Shown here: positions 26,821 through 37,273 of the stretch, one piece after another
Numbering within the stretch: position 1 is the stretch's first letter
How the letters are laid out: the number at the start of each line of letters is the position of its first letter
Source of the DNA: an uncultured Lachnospiraceae bacterium
GTDB lineage: Bacteria > Bacillota > Clostridia > Lachnospirales > Lachnospiraceae
NCBI GenBank assembly: GCA_902773095.1
Contig: CACYDA010000170.1
Span: 1-48,554 of the forward strand
DNA: 48,554 nt
Reading direction: 5' to 3'
Position numbers and translations under genes: made by a program
The notes under the pieces: generated by a model
What the model saw: only the letters and a program-made list of their open reading frames with translations
Databases searched by the model: none
Told to the model about the DNA's origin: nothing

Positions 26821-27918
26821 TTATCTGTAAAAATAATGTGCTCCATGAACAAATAAAAATGTCAATGATCTGTTAAACCAGCTGTTTGGCGATGTCTTCA
26901 TTGCAAAATACAATGCTCCCTGTGAATAATCCTCTCCACTTAATGCCCTGTCAACACAGCTAATCGTATTATAAGAAGGGTTTACACTATAGATCATTCC
27001 ATTTTTTACCGGTTCAAACTGGTAAACTGAACCGCTTTTTTGGAAAATGACATCATAAACGCTATTCGGGAAACTGCCACTATATACTCTGTTAAAAATA
27101 ACATTCGCCACTAAAATCTTACCCACTTCATCCTGATTTCCTGCTTCTGCTTCTACAATTTGTCTGAGCCAGTAATATTCTTCATCTGAAATGGTAATTG
27201 ATGAAGCACTTGTATACACCGGATACGGCTCAACAGAATCCTCCGTAATTGTAATATACTCGAAAAGAGGTTCCGACTCTGTCTGAGGTTCTGTCGGTGC
27301 TTCTGTCGGTGGTTCTGTCGGTGCTTCTGTCGGTGGTTCTGTCGGCGGTTCCGTTGGTGCTTCTGTCGGCGGTTCCGTTGGTGCTTCTGTCGGTGCCTCT
27401 GTAGGCGCTTCCGTAGGTGTTTCAGCAACAGGCTGCTGTGAAGCATTGGCATTTACATTCTCTGCCATTACAATCTGATTAGCATTGTCCTCTATGGTTG
27501 CTGTATCCTTCCTATTACTGAGCACCTGATAAACTTCTACACCAAACGGTAGAAAATTATCTGTAATATTCATATATACTTTATCTGCATGGTCATTATA
27601 TACTGTATCATATAACGATGTAAAACCTTGCTTTAGTTCATCTTTTACTTCTTCATCTAAATTCAATTCAAACAAATTCTGTTCCTGCAAAATATTATCT
27701 TCAGTAGAACGATCCGGCTTTGAATAATCTGCATTTGTAGTATACAAAAAAATGCTCGCAAAAACTGTCAATGCCGCACTAAATCCTGCCAACATTACTA
27801 CATGGTTTTTCCGCACATTTTCTTTTTTAAAAAATGTGATACTCTGCTCTTTTTGATTACCGGTTCTTTTCATTTTTTCCAGACCATTTCGTAATAATAA
27901 TTTACAAGTATTAATCAT
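26821..27918 (-). CDS. Cell wall hydrolase (Hydrolase_2, SleB/CwlJ-like) with N-terminal TM segment and PTE repeats
   Basis: EAEAGNQ...VANVIFNRV...FPNSV.DVIFQ...QFEPV.NG, GALYF, GAHYFY. Start moved to ATG 27918 (SD AAGGAG). Confidence 0.85.
   Translation of the reverse strand: MINTCKLLLRNGLEKMKRTGNQKEQSITFFKKENVRKNHVVMLAGFSAALTVFASIFLYTTNADYSKPDRSTEDNILQEQNLFELNLDEEVKDELKQGFTSLYDTVYNDHADKVYMNITDNFLPFGVEVYQVLSNRKDTATIEDNANQIVMAENVNANASQQPVAETPTEAPTEAPTEAPTEPPTEAPTEPPTEPPTEAPTEPPTEAPTEPQTESEPLFEYITITEDSVEPYPVYTSASSITISDEEYYWLRQIVEAEAGNQDEVGKILVANVIFNRVYSGSFPNSVYDVIFQKSGSVYQFEPVKNGMIYSVNPSYNTISCVDRALSGEDYSQGALYFAMKTSPNSWFNRSLTFLFVHGAHYFYR
27288..27420 (-). repeat. Coding 12-bp tandem repeat (PTE[A/P]) x ~11
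   Basis: Units such as TTCTGTCGGTGC / TTCTGTCGGTGG on the plus strand. Confidence 0.9.
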
Positions 27919-28101
27919 GTTTCTCCTTTTCCTTTTCATTTTATTTCTAATAAAACCTCAACCTCATTTGTAAGGGAAATCAGATGTCTTATCTATTATA
28001 ACACATTTTTTCCAAAAGTATTAACTTTTTTTTACATTTTTTAAAAAAATATGAACTAAATTCAACAATGATATTTCAATAGTGAATATTCAACAATAAA
28101 A

Positions 28102-28194
28102 AACTGCCGCTCCATACCGGTAATTCATCAAAAACACATTGTTCATCCTTTCATAATGTGTTCTTCTAATGATTACGGTAAAGATATGGCAGTT
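28102..28194 (-). terminator. Long imperfect hairpin with T-tract downstream of leuD
   Basis: AACTGCC / GGCAGTT outer stem, inner TACCG/CGGTA and AACACATT/AATGTGTT, followed by TTTTTT on the minus strand. Confidence 0.55.
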
Positions 28195-28286
28195 ATTCTC
28201 ATTCCACTTAAACCTTAATTGTTCTATTCATGAATGCACAAAGCTTGTTTTCAGATCAATTGTACTTTCAGAATTCATGTCACAAC

Positions 28287-28772
28287 TTATTGGTTATTAA
28301 TATAATTGATCAATCCTTCTGCTTTGATGATCTTTTGCATAAATTCCGGAAATGCCTGTCCCTGATACTGTGTTCCTTTTGTCTTGTCATAAATCATTCC
28401 ACTATCAAAATCAATCTCAACCTCATCGCCTGCTTCAATCTCTTTGGCAGCCTGTGGACATTCGATAATCGGAAGTCCAATGTTAATGGCATTTCGATAG
28501 AATATTCGCGCAAATGTTTCAGCTATGACACAGCTTACACCTGAAGCCTTAATGGCAATTGGCGCATGTTCTCTGGATGAACCACATCCAAAATTCTTGT
28601 TTGCAACGATGATATCTCCTTTATTCACTTTCTTTGCAAAATCAACATCAATATCTTCCATACAATGTTTTGCAAGTTCTGCCGGATCCGGTACATTTAA
28701 ATATCTTGCCGGAATGATGACATCTGTATCTACATTATCGCCATATTTATATACTTTTCCTAATGCTTTCAT
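28287..28772 (-). CDS. leuD: 3-isopropylmalate dehydratase small subunit
   Basis: [42 protein letters not shown]. Confidence 0.93.
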   Translation of the reverse strand: MKALGKVYKYGDNVDTDVIIPARYLNVPDPAELAKHCMEDIDVDFAKKVNKGDIIVANKNFGCGSSREHAPIAIKASGVSCVIAETFARIFYRNAINIGLPIIECPQAAKEIEAGDEVEIDFDSGMIYDKTKGTQYQGQAFPEFMQKIIKAEGLINYINNQ

Positions 28773-28840
28773 AATTCAATCTTTAATTCCTTTCTGCTAC
28801 TATTGAATGTAATGATATAAATGAATTACAGAACTCTATT

Positions 28841-30115
28841 CTATAATCCTAATTCTTCCGGACCTGAAATCCTACCGGTGATTGCACTTGCAGCAGCCAC
28901 ATAAGGACTTGCAAGATAAACCTCTGATTCCGGATCTCCCATTCTTCCAACAAAGTTTCTGTTTGTTGTCGCTACAGCTCTCTCTCCCTTTGCAAGAATT
29001 CCCATATGTCCGCCAAGACAAGGTCCACATGTAGGTGTGCTGACAGCTGCCCCAGCCTTGATAAATGTGGTAAGAAGTCCTTCCTCTAATGCCTGAAGAT
29101 AAACTGCCTGTGTAGCCGGAATTACAATTGCTCTGACTCCCTTTGCTACTTTTCTGCCTTCCATCACTTTTGCTGCAGCACGCAAATCTGAGATTCTTCC
29201 GTTTGTACATGAACCAATGACAACCTGGTCAATCTTTACATCAGGTTCAGCATTAATCTGATCAATGGTTCTTGTATTCTCCGGTAAATGAGGATATGCA
29301 ACAGTCGGTCTTAAACTGCTTAAATCAATCGTATACTCCTCTTCATACTCCGCATCTTCATCTGCTTCATAAATCTTGAATTCTTTAGAAGAATGTTCTT
29401 TCATATATTCGATTGTCAACTCATCTACAGGGAAGATTCCATTCTTTCCTCCTGCCTCGATTGCCATATTAGTCATGGCAAATCTGTCATCCATGCCAAT
29501 ATACTGTATCCCATCACCAACAAACTCCATTGATCGATAAAGGGCACCGTCTACACCGATCATTCCAATAATATGTAAGATAATGTCTTTTCCTGTCACC
29601 CATGGTGCCGGTTTTCCTGTAAGAATAAACTTAATAGCAGAAGGCACCTTAAACCATGCCTTTCCTGTAGCCATACCTGCTGCCATATCCGTACTTCCCA
29701 CACCGGTAGAAAATGCTCCAAGAGCACCATAGGTACAAGTGTGTGAATCTGCTCCTATGACAACATCACCTGCCACTACAAGTCCTTTTTCAGGTAAGAG
29801 TGCATGTTCAATTCCCACCTCGCCAGTCTCAAAGAAATTTGTAATCTGGTTGGCACATGCAAACTCTTTTGCACATTTACAAAGTTCTGCCGACTTTATA
29901 TCCTTGTTTGGAGTAAAATGATCAAGGACAATGGCAATCTTATCCTTATCAAACACACCATCCACATTCATTTTTTTCATCTCTCCGATTGCAACCGGAG
30001 ATGTCACATCATTACCTAACACTAAATCAAGATTCGCTTCGATCAGCTGTCCTGCTGTCACACTTTCTAATCCTGCATGTGCAGCTAATATCTTCTGCGT
30101 CATAGTCATTCCCAT
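28841..30115 (-). CDS. leuC: 3-isopropylmalate dehydratase large subunit
   Basis: [25 protein letters not shown] Fe-S cysteines, TNRNF.GRMG. Start moved to ATG 30115 (SD GGAGG). Confidence 0.93.
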   Translation of the reverse strand: MGMTMTQKILAAHAGLESVTAGQLIEANLDLVLGNDVTSPVAIGEMKKMNVDGVFDKDKIAIVLDHFTPNKDIKSAELCKCAKEFACANQITNFFETGEVGIEHALLPEKGLVVAGDVVIGADSHTCTYGALGAFSTGVGSTDMAAGMATGKAWFKVPSAIKFILTGKPAPWVTGKDIILHIIGMIGVDGALYRSMEFVGDGIQYIGMDDRFAMTNMAIEAGGKNGIFPVDELTIEYMKEHSSKEFKIYEADEDAEYEEEYTIDLSSLRPTVAYPHLPENTRTIDQINAEPDVKIDQVVIGSCTNGRISDLRAAAKVMEGRKVAKGVRAIVIPATQAVYLQALEEGLLTTFIKAGAAVSTPTCGPCLGGHMGILAKGERAVATTNRNFVGRMGDPESEVYLASPYVAAASAITGRISGPEELGL

Positions 30116-30161
30116 GATTTTAAGCCTCCTAAATATAAACATCTCTTTTTTATATCCATTA

Positions 30162-30190
30162 ATCATACCATTTTTTTAGATATATTGCAA
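30162..30190 (-). promoter_or_regulatory. Putative sigma-A promoter for leuCD
   Basis: TTGCAA-N17-TATGAT with TGn. Confidence 0.55.
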
Positions 30191-30216
30191 ATCGTTTTAA
30201 AATAATTGCAGCATTT

Positions 30217-32502
30217 TTAATGATATTTCACAAAATTCACTACAGAATAATCCTCAAGGCTTACCGCACTGATTCCTTTGTCTAATGTGATGATATAAAC
30301 ATAGTTTCCTATATAAACTGCCCGGTAAGAATCCTCATCATAATAATAGTTATCAAAATCATCACTATTTTGTGTACCATCGTAATCTTCTACACAGTAA
30401 TTCTGTACCATTTTAATTTCATTATTCTCTATCACAAACAACAGATAATGATTATCCCGGTTTTCGTCACAGGCACAAATTCCAAACAAAGACTTTTCAG
30501 GCGCAACCAGCATATTTTTATAATCATAATTATCATAATTGTACCAGTCTGAAAAAACATATTTTGTCATTTCATTCAGATGATTCTCATCACTGATATC
30601 ATATAATGCAAGCTTGAGTCCTTTACTGACTCCATCCATATTCGCTTCCACACCTACACCTAACAGTGTATGATCGTCCCATTTCTGAAGATAATCAGAA
30701 TAGCCTGTCATTTCAAGTTCATCTGTAATAACCGGATTGTTAATATCGCTTAAGTCTGCCACAAATAACGGATCGGTCTGTTTGAATGTCACAAAATATG
30801 CTTTATCACCCGAAAATCTGGCAGAATAGATTCTTTCACCTTCTGCTATGTCTTCTATTGTACCACAGGTATTTAAGTTTTCATCCAGAATATATAATGC
30901 ATTATACTCTTTGCTTTCATCATCCTCAATAAAAGTCCCCCATTCAGAATAACCATAATCTTCATAATAGGACCATTCATCAATGGTTGCCACAACTCTT
31001 AAATATCCATTATATTCATCTAGTGAAAACTGATCCAAAACATATCCGTTAATCACTCCTTCTGCACAAACCTCAATTGCTCCATCATGATAGCCAAATT
31101 TAAAGAGTTTTGTATTACAACTGAATTCTTCCTTTGTCCTGCCATCAGATTCCTTATACTCGTTTTCAATATAGGAAGAGGCATACGTATAAATATACTG
31201 ATTACTCATATAAATATCGGCAATATCTCCAAGTACAGCACTGCTATCAATACATTCCACTTTGTCACCACTTATATTAAATGATGCCACAATCTCGTAA
31301 CAATACTCCTCCACTTCATCAGGAACCATATAAATATGGTCACATTCCATCTCTTTTCCATCAATCCTCGGAATACAATTTTCATCTATTCTTTTGAGAT
31401 TTGTAACCATCTGCTCATAATTTGTAATATAAGTGCTTACTTGTCTGCTTGTAACAACATACAGATCATCTTTGACTAGTCTTGAGGAGGCGGCCCCCCC
31501 TTCAACCATATGGGTATCCTTTTGTTTCGGATGATGAATATCTGAAAGATCATAGGCGATGATTAGTGTTACTTCACCACCGCTGGCACAGATTGCATCA
31601 TTGTATCCATTAAATTCCATATCATCATCATACATGTATAAAACATAATTAACAATCACAATCATATTCTGCCCACTTACATAAAACTTTGGTTGATAAA
31701 GATAAGTGCCATACTCATCTGTTGGCCACTGCTTGATCTTCAGTTTTTCCTCCATATACGCATTAACATCAGCTTCAAAATCAATATCCGCAATATGTTC
31801 AATGTTTTCTTTGTCTACATCTGTAATGATCACATGCCTATTGTTTTTCATAGCATAGATATGTTTCCCATCTGTGATTACTTTGTCAGCTTCCACAACA
31901 CCTTCTACCTGGTCATTATTTTTATAATAATCATCTGATTTTCTTTCCTCTTCCGGGCTCACACCGTCCGCATTAGTCCCCTCATAAATTGACTCAGAAT
32001 TTGTCATTATGTCATCTGTTTCATACATTTCCCGGTCACCTTTTGCGGTTCCAAGCATCTTAGAACTGCCTTTTGCACTTTGAAAATAGTTTTTCATATA
32101 TGCCCCTACAATTGCATTTTTAATCTCATCTCTTCCCGATACGCTTTTGACAACATTTGTCCCCTCTCCTGCCATTAATACATTACTGTCATATTCGACT
32201 TTGTTCACACTTTGGTCGATTCTTTTTGCCCTCCCGTCAAGAACCATTTTCCCAAAATATACAGCAAACAGAAGTACCACAAGAGAAGAACACCAAATGA
32301 ATGCTTTGTTGATTCCTAAAAACCCTCCTTTTTCTTTTGAATGTAAACGATTCTCTTTTTTCATTGTATCAATTTTTCTCATCATGTTTTCAGGGCTTAA
32401 TGAGTCCGGAATCTCAATATCATCACTGATTTTGCTGATTTGACTCATGATCTCTTCATCAGAGTACTCTGTACGATCACGAAACTTATTATCTTTATTC
32501 AT
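30217..32502 (-). CDS. Single-pass membrane protein with extracellular Beta_propel domain; probable anti-sigma factor
   Basis: N.QVEGV.EAD.V.TDG, DQFSLDEY.G.LRV, GERIYSARF.GD.AYFVTFKQTDPLF, GYSDYL; short cytoplasmic N-terminus plus one TM; downstream of an ECF sigma. Start at 32502 preferred over 32544. Confidence 0.8.
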   Translation of the reverse strand: MNKDNKFRDRTEYSDEEIMSQISKISDDIEIPDSLSPENMMRKIDTMKKENRLHSKEKGGFLGINKAFIWCSSLVVLLFAVYFGKMVLDGRAKRIDQSVNKVEYDSNVLMAGEGTNVVKSVSGRDEIKNAIVGAYMKNYFQSAKGSSKMLGTAKGDREMYETDDIMTNSESIYEGTNADGVSPEEERKSDDYYKNNDQVEGVVEADKVITDGKHIYAMKNNRHVIITDVDKENIEHIADIDFEADVNAYMEEKLKIKQWPTDEYGTYLYQPKFYVSGQNMIVIVNYVLYMYDDDMEFNGYNDAICASGGEVTLIIAYDLSDIHHPKQKDTHMVEGGAASSRLVKDDLYVVTSRQVSTYITNYEQMVTNLKRIDENCIPRIDGKEMECDHIYMVPDEVEEYCYEIVASFNISGDKVECIDSSAVLGDIADIYMSNQYIYTYASSYIENEYKESDGRTKEEFSCNTKLFKFGYHDGAIEVCAEGVINGYVLDQFSLDEYNGYLRVVATIDEWSYYEDYGYSEWGTFIEDDESKEYNALYILDENLNTCGTIEDIAEGERIYSARFSGDKAYFVTFKQTDPLFVADLSDINNPVITDELEMTGYSDYLQKWDDHTLLGVGVEANMDGVSKGLKLALYDISDENHLNEMTKYVFSDWYNYDNYDYKNMLVAPEKSLFGICACDENRDNHYLLFVIENNEIKMVQNYCVEDYDGTQNSDDFDNYYYDEDSYRAVYIGNYVYIITLDKGISAVSLEDYSVVNFVKYH

Positions 32503-32579
32503 AAATGCACCCTTGCATATCCTGCAATTTTCCTTTCTTTTCAATTTTACCGATTAGCGTATCATATGAATGATCCGGT

Positions 32580-33116
32580 TTATGAACACTTTAGTTTTTT
32601 CTGCATTTTTTCAAGTGCTCTCTTCAACTTTGACCGCGCTGTTACAGGTTTCATATTTAATATTTCACCAATCTCATCACTTTTATATCCCTCTAATGAT
32701 GATAGAACAACGATTGCCTTTTCATCATATTTCAGAGAATTTAACGCATTTTCAATATCATATTTCTGTTCCAGATCAGTCTCTTTTGATTTTAAATGAA
32801 TCCCCACATTTTCATCATCAATGGATACATTTTTCGAAATATACTGTTTTCTTCTTTTTTTACATTTATTTGATAAGATTTTAAATGCCCACGCTTTAAA
32901 CAAAGTGTAATCTCTTAGTTTTTCCAGACCTATATAGATATCCATCACAGCATCACTAACCGTATCCTCTGCATCATGTTCATTGCCAAGCATATAATAA
33001 GCATACCTATACATATCTTGATAAATACATCGATAGATCTCCGAAAATGCCATATCATCACCTAAAACAGCCTGTTTCACCAAATATTCCTGTATTTCCA
33101 AATATCTCACTTCCAT
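32580..33116 (-). CDS. ECF-family RNA polymerase sigma factor
   Basis: GD..AF, DAEDTVSD, FKAW.FKI..N, EG....EIGEIL.M...TARSKL.RA. Confidence 0.92.
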   Translation of the reverse strand: MEVRYLEIQEYLVKQAVLGDDMAFSEIYRCIYQDMYRYAYYMLGNEHDAEDTVSDAVMDIYIGLEKLRDYTLFKAWAFKILSNKCKKRRKQYISKNVSIDDENVGIHLKSKETDLEQKYDIENALNSLKYDEKAIVVLSSLEGYKSDEIGEILNMKPVTARSKLKRALEKMQKKLKCS

Positions 33117-33138
33117 TCTCTTATATAGCTATATACTG

Positions 33139-33169
33139 ATAAGTGTACTATAGTTTCCGTTTTGTTGCA
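33139..33169 (-). promoter_or_regulatory. Possible ECF-type autoregulatory promoter
   Basis: TGCAAC (AAC-type -35) about 50 nt upstream of the sigma gene, just after a terminator; -10 not clearly defined. Confidence 0.35.
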
Positions 33170-33186
33170 TTATTTTTTTATTCCGT

Positions 33187-33229
33187 AAAAAAGCACCTGT
33201 TTAACAGATTGAACTGTTAAACAGGTGCT
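33187..33229 (-). terminator. Intrinsic terminator after ilvC and the 74-aa ORF
   Basis: AGCACCTGTTTAACAG / CTGTTAAACAGGTGCT 16-bp stem plus T-tract on the minus strand. Confidence 0.88.
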
Positions 33230-33254
33230 CATCAATATCACTATATTTTGCAAA

Positions 33255-33479
33255 TCAATATTTTATATAACCTTTGAATCTTCTCTTATATTCATCCGCT
33301 TTCATTGAAAGTTTTTCATAATCTCTTTCACTAATCTTGCCCTGACTTCTGTACGAGTTAATCAAATCTACATACCGAAGATACTCTTCATATGCAGTAT
33401 CTTTATAATTATTTGACAAATTCAACTTAATCTCATTTTCCTGCGCCTCAATAACCTTTTTCGTCTTTCCTAACATCAT
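33255..33479 (-). CDS. Hypothetical protein (74 aa)
   Basis: SD GAGGTG 7 nt upstream; helical charged sequence; followed by a terminator. Confidence 0.7.
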   Translation of the reverse strand: MMLGKTKKVIEAQENEIKLNLSNNYKDTAYEEYLRYVDLINSYRSQGKISERDYEKLSMKADEYKRRFKGYIKY

Positions 33480-33546
33480 ACATAATCACCTCGATTATAT
33501 CAAAGACTTGCATCATGAACTATATAAAACTTTTGCCAAATAATTC

Positions 33547-34656
<1,110 letters not shown>

Positions 34657-34677
34657 TCATAAATATATCATTAAGAT

Positions 34678-35184
34678 TTATTCAAGCTCACCTGCGAGCA
34701 TATCCAGCTTTCCTCTTGTCAGACCAGTAATACCTGTTCTCACAAGCTCAAGCACTTCAAATCCTTCCAACAGTCCTATAAACGCATCTAATTTCTGCTG
34801 GTTTCCAGTCAACTCAATCATCAGAGAGTCAGCAGACACATCTACGATTTTAGCCCTGAAGATATCGGCAACGGAAAGGATCTGCTGTCTCTGAGACGGA
34901 TCAACCGCAACTTTGCAAAGAATTAACTCTCTGCATACAGACGCCCCATCCTTTAATTCAATAATATCTTTCACTTCTACAAGTTTGGCAAGCTGCTTTT
35001 GAATCTGTTCAAGCACTTCATCTTCACCACTGACAACAATCGTCATACGTGAACTGCCCCCTTGTTTCGTTTCGCTGACAGTCAGGCTGTCAATATTATA
35101 TCCGCGTCTTGCAAAAAGACCGGCTACTCTACTCAAAACACCGGCAGTATTGTCTACCAGTATTGATAAAACCATTCTCTTCAC
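34678..35184 (-). CDS. ilvN: Acetolactate synthase small (regulatory) subunit
   Basis: LVDN..GVLSRVAGLF.RRGYNIDSL, QI.KQL.KL, REL.L.KV, ELVRTG; GTG start with SD GAGG. Confidence 0.95.
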   Translation of the reverse strand: MKRMVLSILVDNTAGVLSRVAGLFARRGYNIDSLTVSETKQGGSSRMTIVVSGEDEVLEQIQKQLAKLVEVKDIIELKDGASVCRELILCKVAVDPSQRQQILSVADIFRAKIVDVSADSLMIELTGNQQKLDAFIGLLEGFEVLELVRTGITGLTRGKLDMLAGELE

Positions 35185-35226
35185 GTCAAAACCTCATTTC
35201 TGTATAGTATAATAAAACATAGTTCA

Positions 35227-35254
35227 ATCATAGCACAATAACATATTTTGTCAA
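35227..35254 (-). promoter_or_regulatory. Putative sigma-A promoter for ilvN-ilvC
   Basis: TTGACA-N16-TATGAT with TGn. Confidence 0.55.
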
Positions 35255-35297
35255 GCATTTGTCTCTTAGGGATGTTACAAACCACGGGTACCTAAAG

Positions 35298-35540
35298 CTA
35301 TTCATCAAACACTGCTGTTACAAAAGAGGCACTCTCTGTCTGTCTTATATCTGTTACCTTTCCGACAAATGTATTTAACTTATCTCTTGCCTTAATATTA
35401 TTTGACATCGCTAGTGCCGGCGAAATGGTATAATAATACATCGCTCCCTGAAGTGTCTGCAGTTTTGATTCTTCAACTTCAATCGAATCTCCCACATGTA
35501 ACAGACCCGGACGTTCCATTTTAAATTCTATAGTTCTCAT
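35298..35540 (-). CDS. Hypothetical protein (80 aa, beta-rich)
   Basis: SD AAGGTG; plausible composition; no family recognised. Confidence 0.7.
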   Translation of the reverse strand: MRTIEFKMERPGLLHVGDSIEVEESKLQTLQGAMYYYTISPALAMSNNIKARDKLNTFVGKVTDIRQTESASFVTAVFDE

Positions 35541-35582
35541 TATATCACCTTACATTTTTACTATCTTGAATCTCTTTATTTC

Positions 35583-35629
35583 AAAAAGAATCGTCACATG
35601 AATTCATGACGAATTTATGATGACGATTC
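35583..35629 (-). terminator. Intrinsic terminator after the 67-aa ORF
   Basis: GAATCGTCA / TGACGATTC stem with T-tract on the minus strand. Confidence 0.65.
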
Positions 35630-35674
35630 AAAAAAACCATATAACAAATCCCGGCACATGCCATAAGTAATGAA

Positions 35675-35878
35675 CTATCTTACCATCCATTCGCCCAACT
35701 GTCTGATTGAGCCATCTTCCTGCTCTTCTAACTCGTCAATAATGAATATCTGATCAGGCTCTTTTGTAAAAGATGAAATCGCTTCCTTTGCTTCGCTGAT
35801 GCTTGAATACCTTGCCAAAGCACCTGTTCCGTCAGATTTTTCCTGATTATATACACCTAACTCAAAATATCTATTCAT
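35675..35878 (-). CDS. Hypothetical protein (67 aa)
   Basis: SD GGAGG; followed by a terminator. Confidence 0.7.
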   Translation of the reverse strand: MNRYFELGVYNQEKSDGTGALARYSSISEAKEAISSFTKEPDQIFIIDELEEQEDGSIRQLGEWMVR

Positions 35879-35957
35879 GTTGAAACCTCCATTAATATAG
35901 TATAAGACTATTCTACTACAAAATGTCCTAAATGTTAACTATTTTTTTTATTTTTTA

Positions 35958-36308
35958 TTAATTTATGTCCACCTGATCATCATCATTCTTCTCTTCGATC
36001 ATCTTAGTATCTTTTCTTTTATCCGTCAGTTTCATATTATCTTCAATGTATTTCGTACTATCTTCATAGTTTTCATAGAGATGATTGATATATTCTTCAA
36101 ATTCATCTACATATATTAAAATACCTTCTTCCATGATCGCATTTCTGGTAATATCATTTCCGGAAAACTTCGATGCACGCATGGCCAGCATATCAATCCT
36201 GTCTACCAGTTCTTTTTTAAGACAAATATTGATATTCTTTTCGCCATCATTTTTACCTAATAATTTTTGAAAAGATTCATATCTTTTTTCATCATAGCTG
36301 TTAAACAT
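35958..36308 (-). CDS. Hypothetical protein, possible ribbon-helix-helix DNA-binding domain
   Basis: KNINICLKKELVDRIDMLA...ITRNAIMEEGI..YV fits the RHH strand-helix-helix pattern; SD AAGGGTG. Confidence 0.55.
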   Translation of the reverse strand: MFNSYDEKRYESFQKLLGKNDGEKNINICLKKELVDRIDMLAMRASKFSGNDITRNAIMEEGILIYVDEFEEYINHLYENYEDSTKYIEDNMKLTDKRKDTKMIEEKNDDDQVDIN

Positions 36309-36342
36309 ATTGCAACACCCTTTCTTTTTTTATTATCTTTTA

Positions 36343-36379
36343 AGCATCAATATCCCTTGTCAGGATAATGATGCTTTTT
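36343..36379. terminator. Hairpin after the patatin gene (T-tract on the plus strand)
   Basis: AGCATCA.TATCC / GGATA.TGATGCT; its core is an exact copy of 36678-36704. Confidence 0.5.
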
Positions 36380-36380
36380 G

Positions 36381-37244
36381 TCATTCTGATTCAAGATTTG
36401 TCAAAAAATCTAATATATTCTGCCAATCAGCTTTTGCCTCTTTATAGCCCTGATGATATAACATTGTTAATCTGTTTTTATCATTTTCAAGCCTTCCAAT
36501 CGTAATCGGTTTTGAAGGTCTTATGACATAAACATTTCCATTTTTTTCCTGATTTTTAACATATTCGATAGTTCTGTTATATTCTATATGTCTTTTTTCA
36601 AGCGCTTTGATCAGTCCGGGGTATTCTCTGTACTTCATTCTGATTACCGGTAATGCTTCATTTTTTTTCTTTTGATAATCAATATCCCTTGTCAGGATAA
36701 TGATATTTTTTTTATGTCCGTCCCTGACAGACTTCCTGACAGGAATCGAATCTGATAATCCCCCATCCATGTATTTTTTCCCATTTATGCTTACCATCTC
36801 CGCCATCAGCGGAAGCGAACATGATGCCCTCACAATATCAATCTGCTTTTTCAAATCCGTCACTTTCACATACTGCGGCAGCCCCGTTTCACAGTCCGTG
36901 ATAACCACATAAAACTCCCCTTTATATTTTCTAAAAGTTTCATAATCAAATGGATCAAGTTCTTCTGGTATTGTATGGTAACACATTTCTGTACCAAAAA
37001 AATTACCTGTGAAAATCAAATTTCCTATCCCTGCATAATTCTTGTCCTCAAGATAATTGACATTTACCCTGTACATTCTCCCTTTCTGTTTTGCTATATA
37101 ATTCAGACCGTTCACTGCCCCTGCTGAAACTCCATAACAGGCATTAAATTCAATGCCACGATCCTGAAAAAAATCAAGTACACCGGCAGTATACAGTCCT
37201 CTCATTCCTCCACCTTCTAAAATCAATCCACAATCGTAAACCAT
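36381..37244 (-). CDS. Patatin-like phospholipase
   Basis: LEGGGMRG.YTAGVLD, GVSAG (GxSxG), DGG. Confidence 0.93.
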   Translation of the reverse strand: MVYDCGLILEGGGMRGLYTAGVLDFFQDRGIEFNACYGVSAGAVNGLNYIAKQKGRMYRVNVNYLEDKNYAGIGNLIFTGNFFGTEMCYHTIPEELDPFDYETFRKYKGEFYVVITDCETGLPQYVKVTDLKKQIDIVRASCSLPLMAEMVSINGKKYMDGGLSDSIPVRKSVRDGHKKNIIILTRDIDYQKKKNEALPVIRMKYREYPGLIKALEKRHIEYNRTIEYVKNQEKNGNVYVIRPSKPITIGRLENDKNRLTMLYHQGYKEAKADWQNILDFLTNLESE

Positions 37245-37273
37245 GTTTTCTCCTTTTCAACGATACTATAATT

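Noticed and set aside
27288-27420. Possible CRISPR-like array
   Set aside because: 12-bp in-frame coding tandem repeats with no spacers and no cas genes.
30185-30200. cre/CcpA-like AAATCGTTTTAA near the leuC promoter (also near 41605)
   Set aside because: Lacks the outer TG...CA; easily produced by chance in AT-rich DNA.
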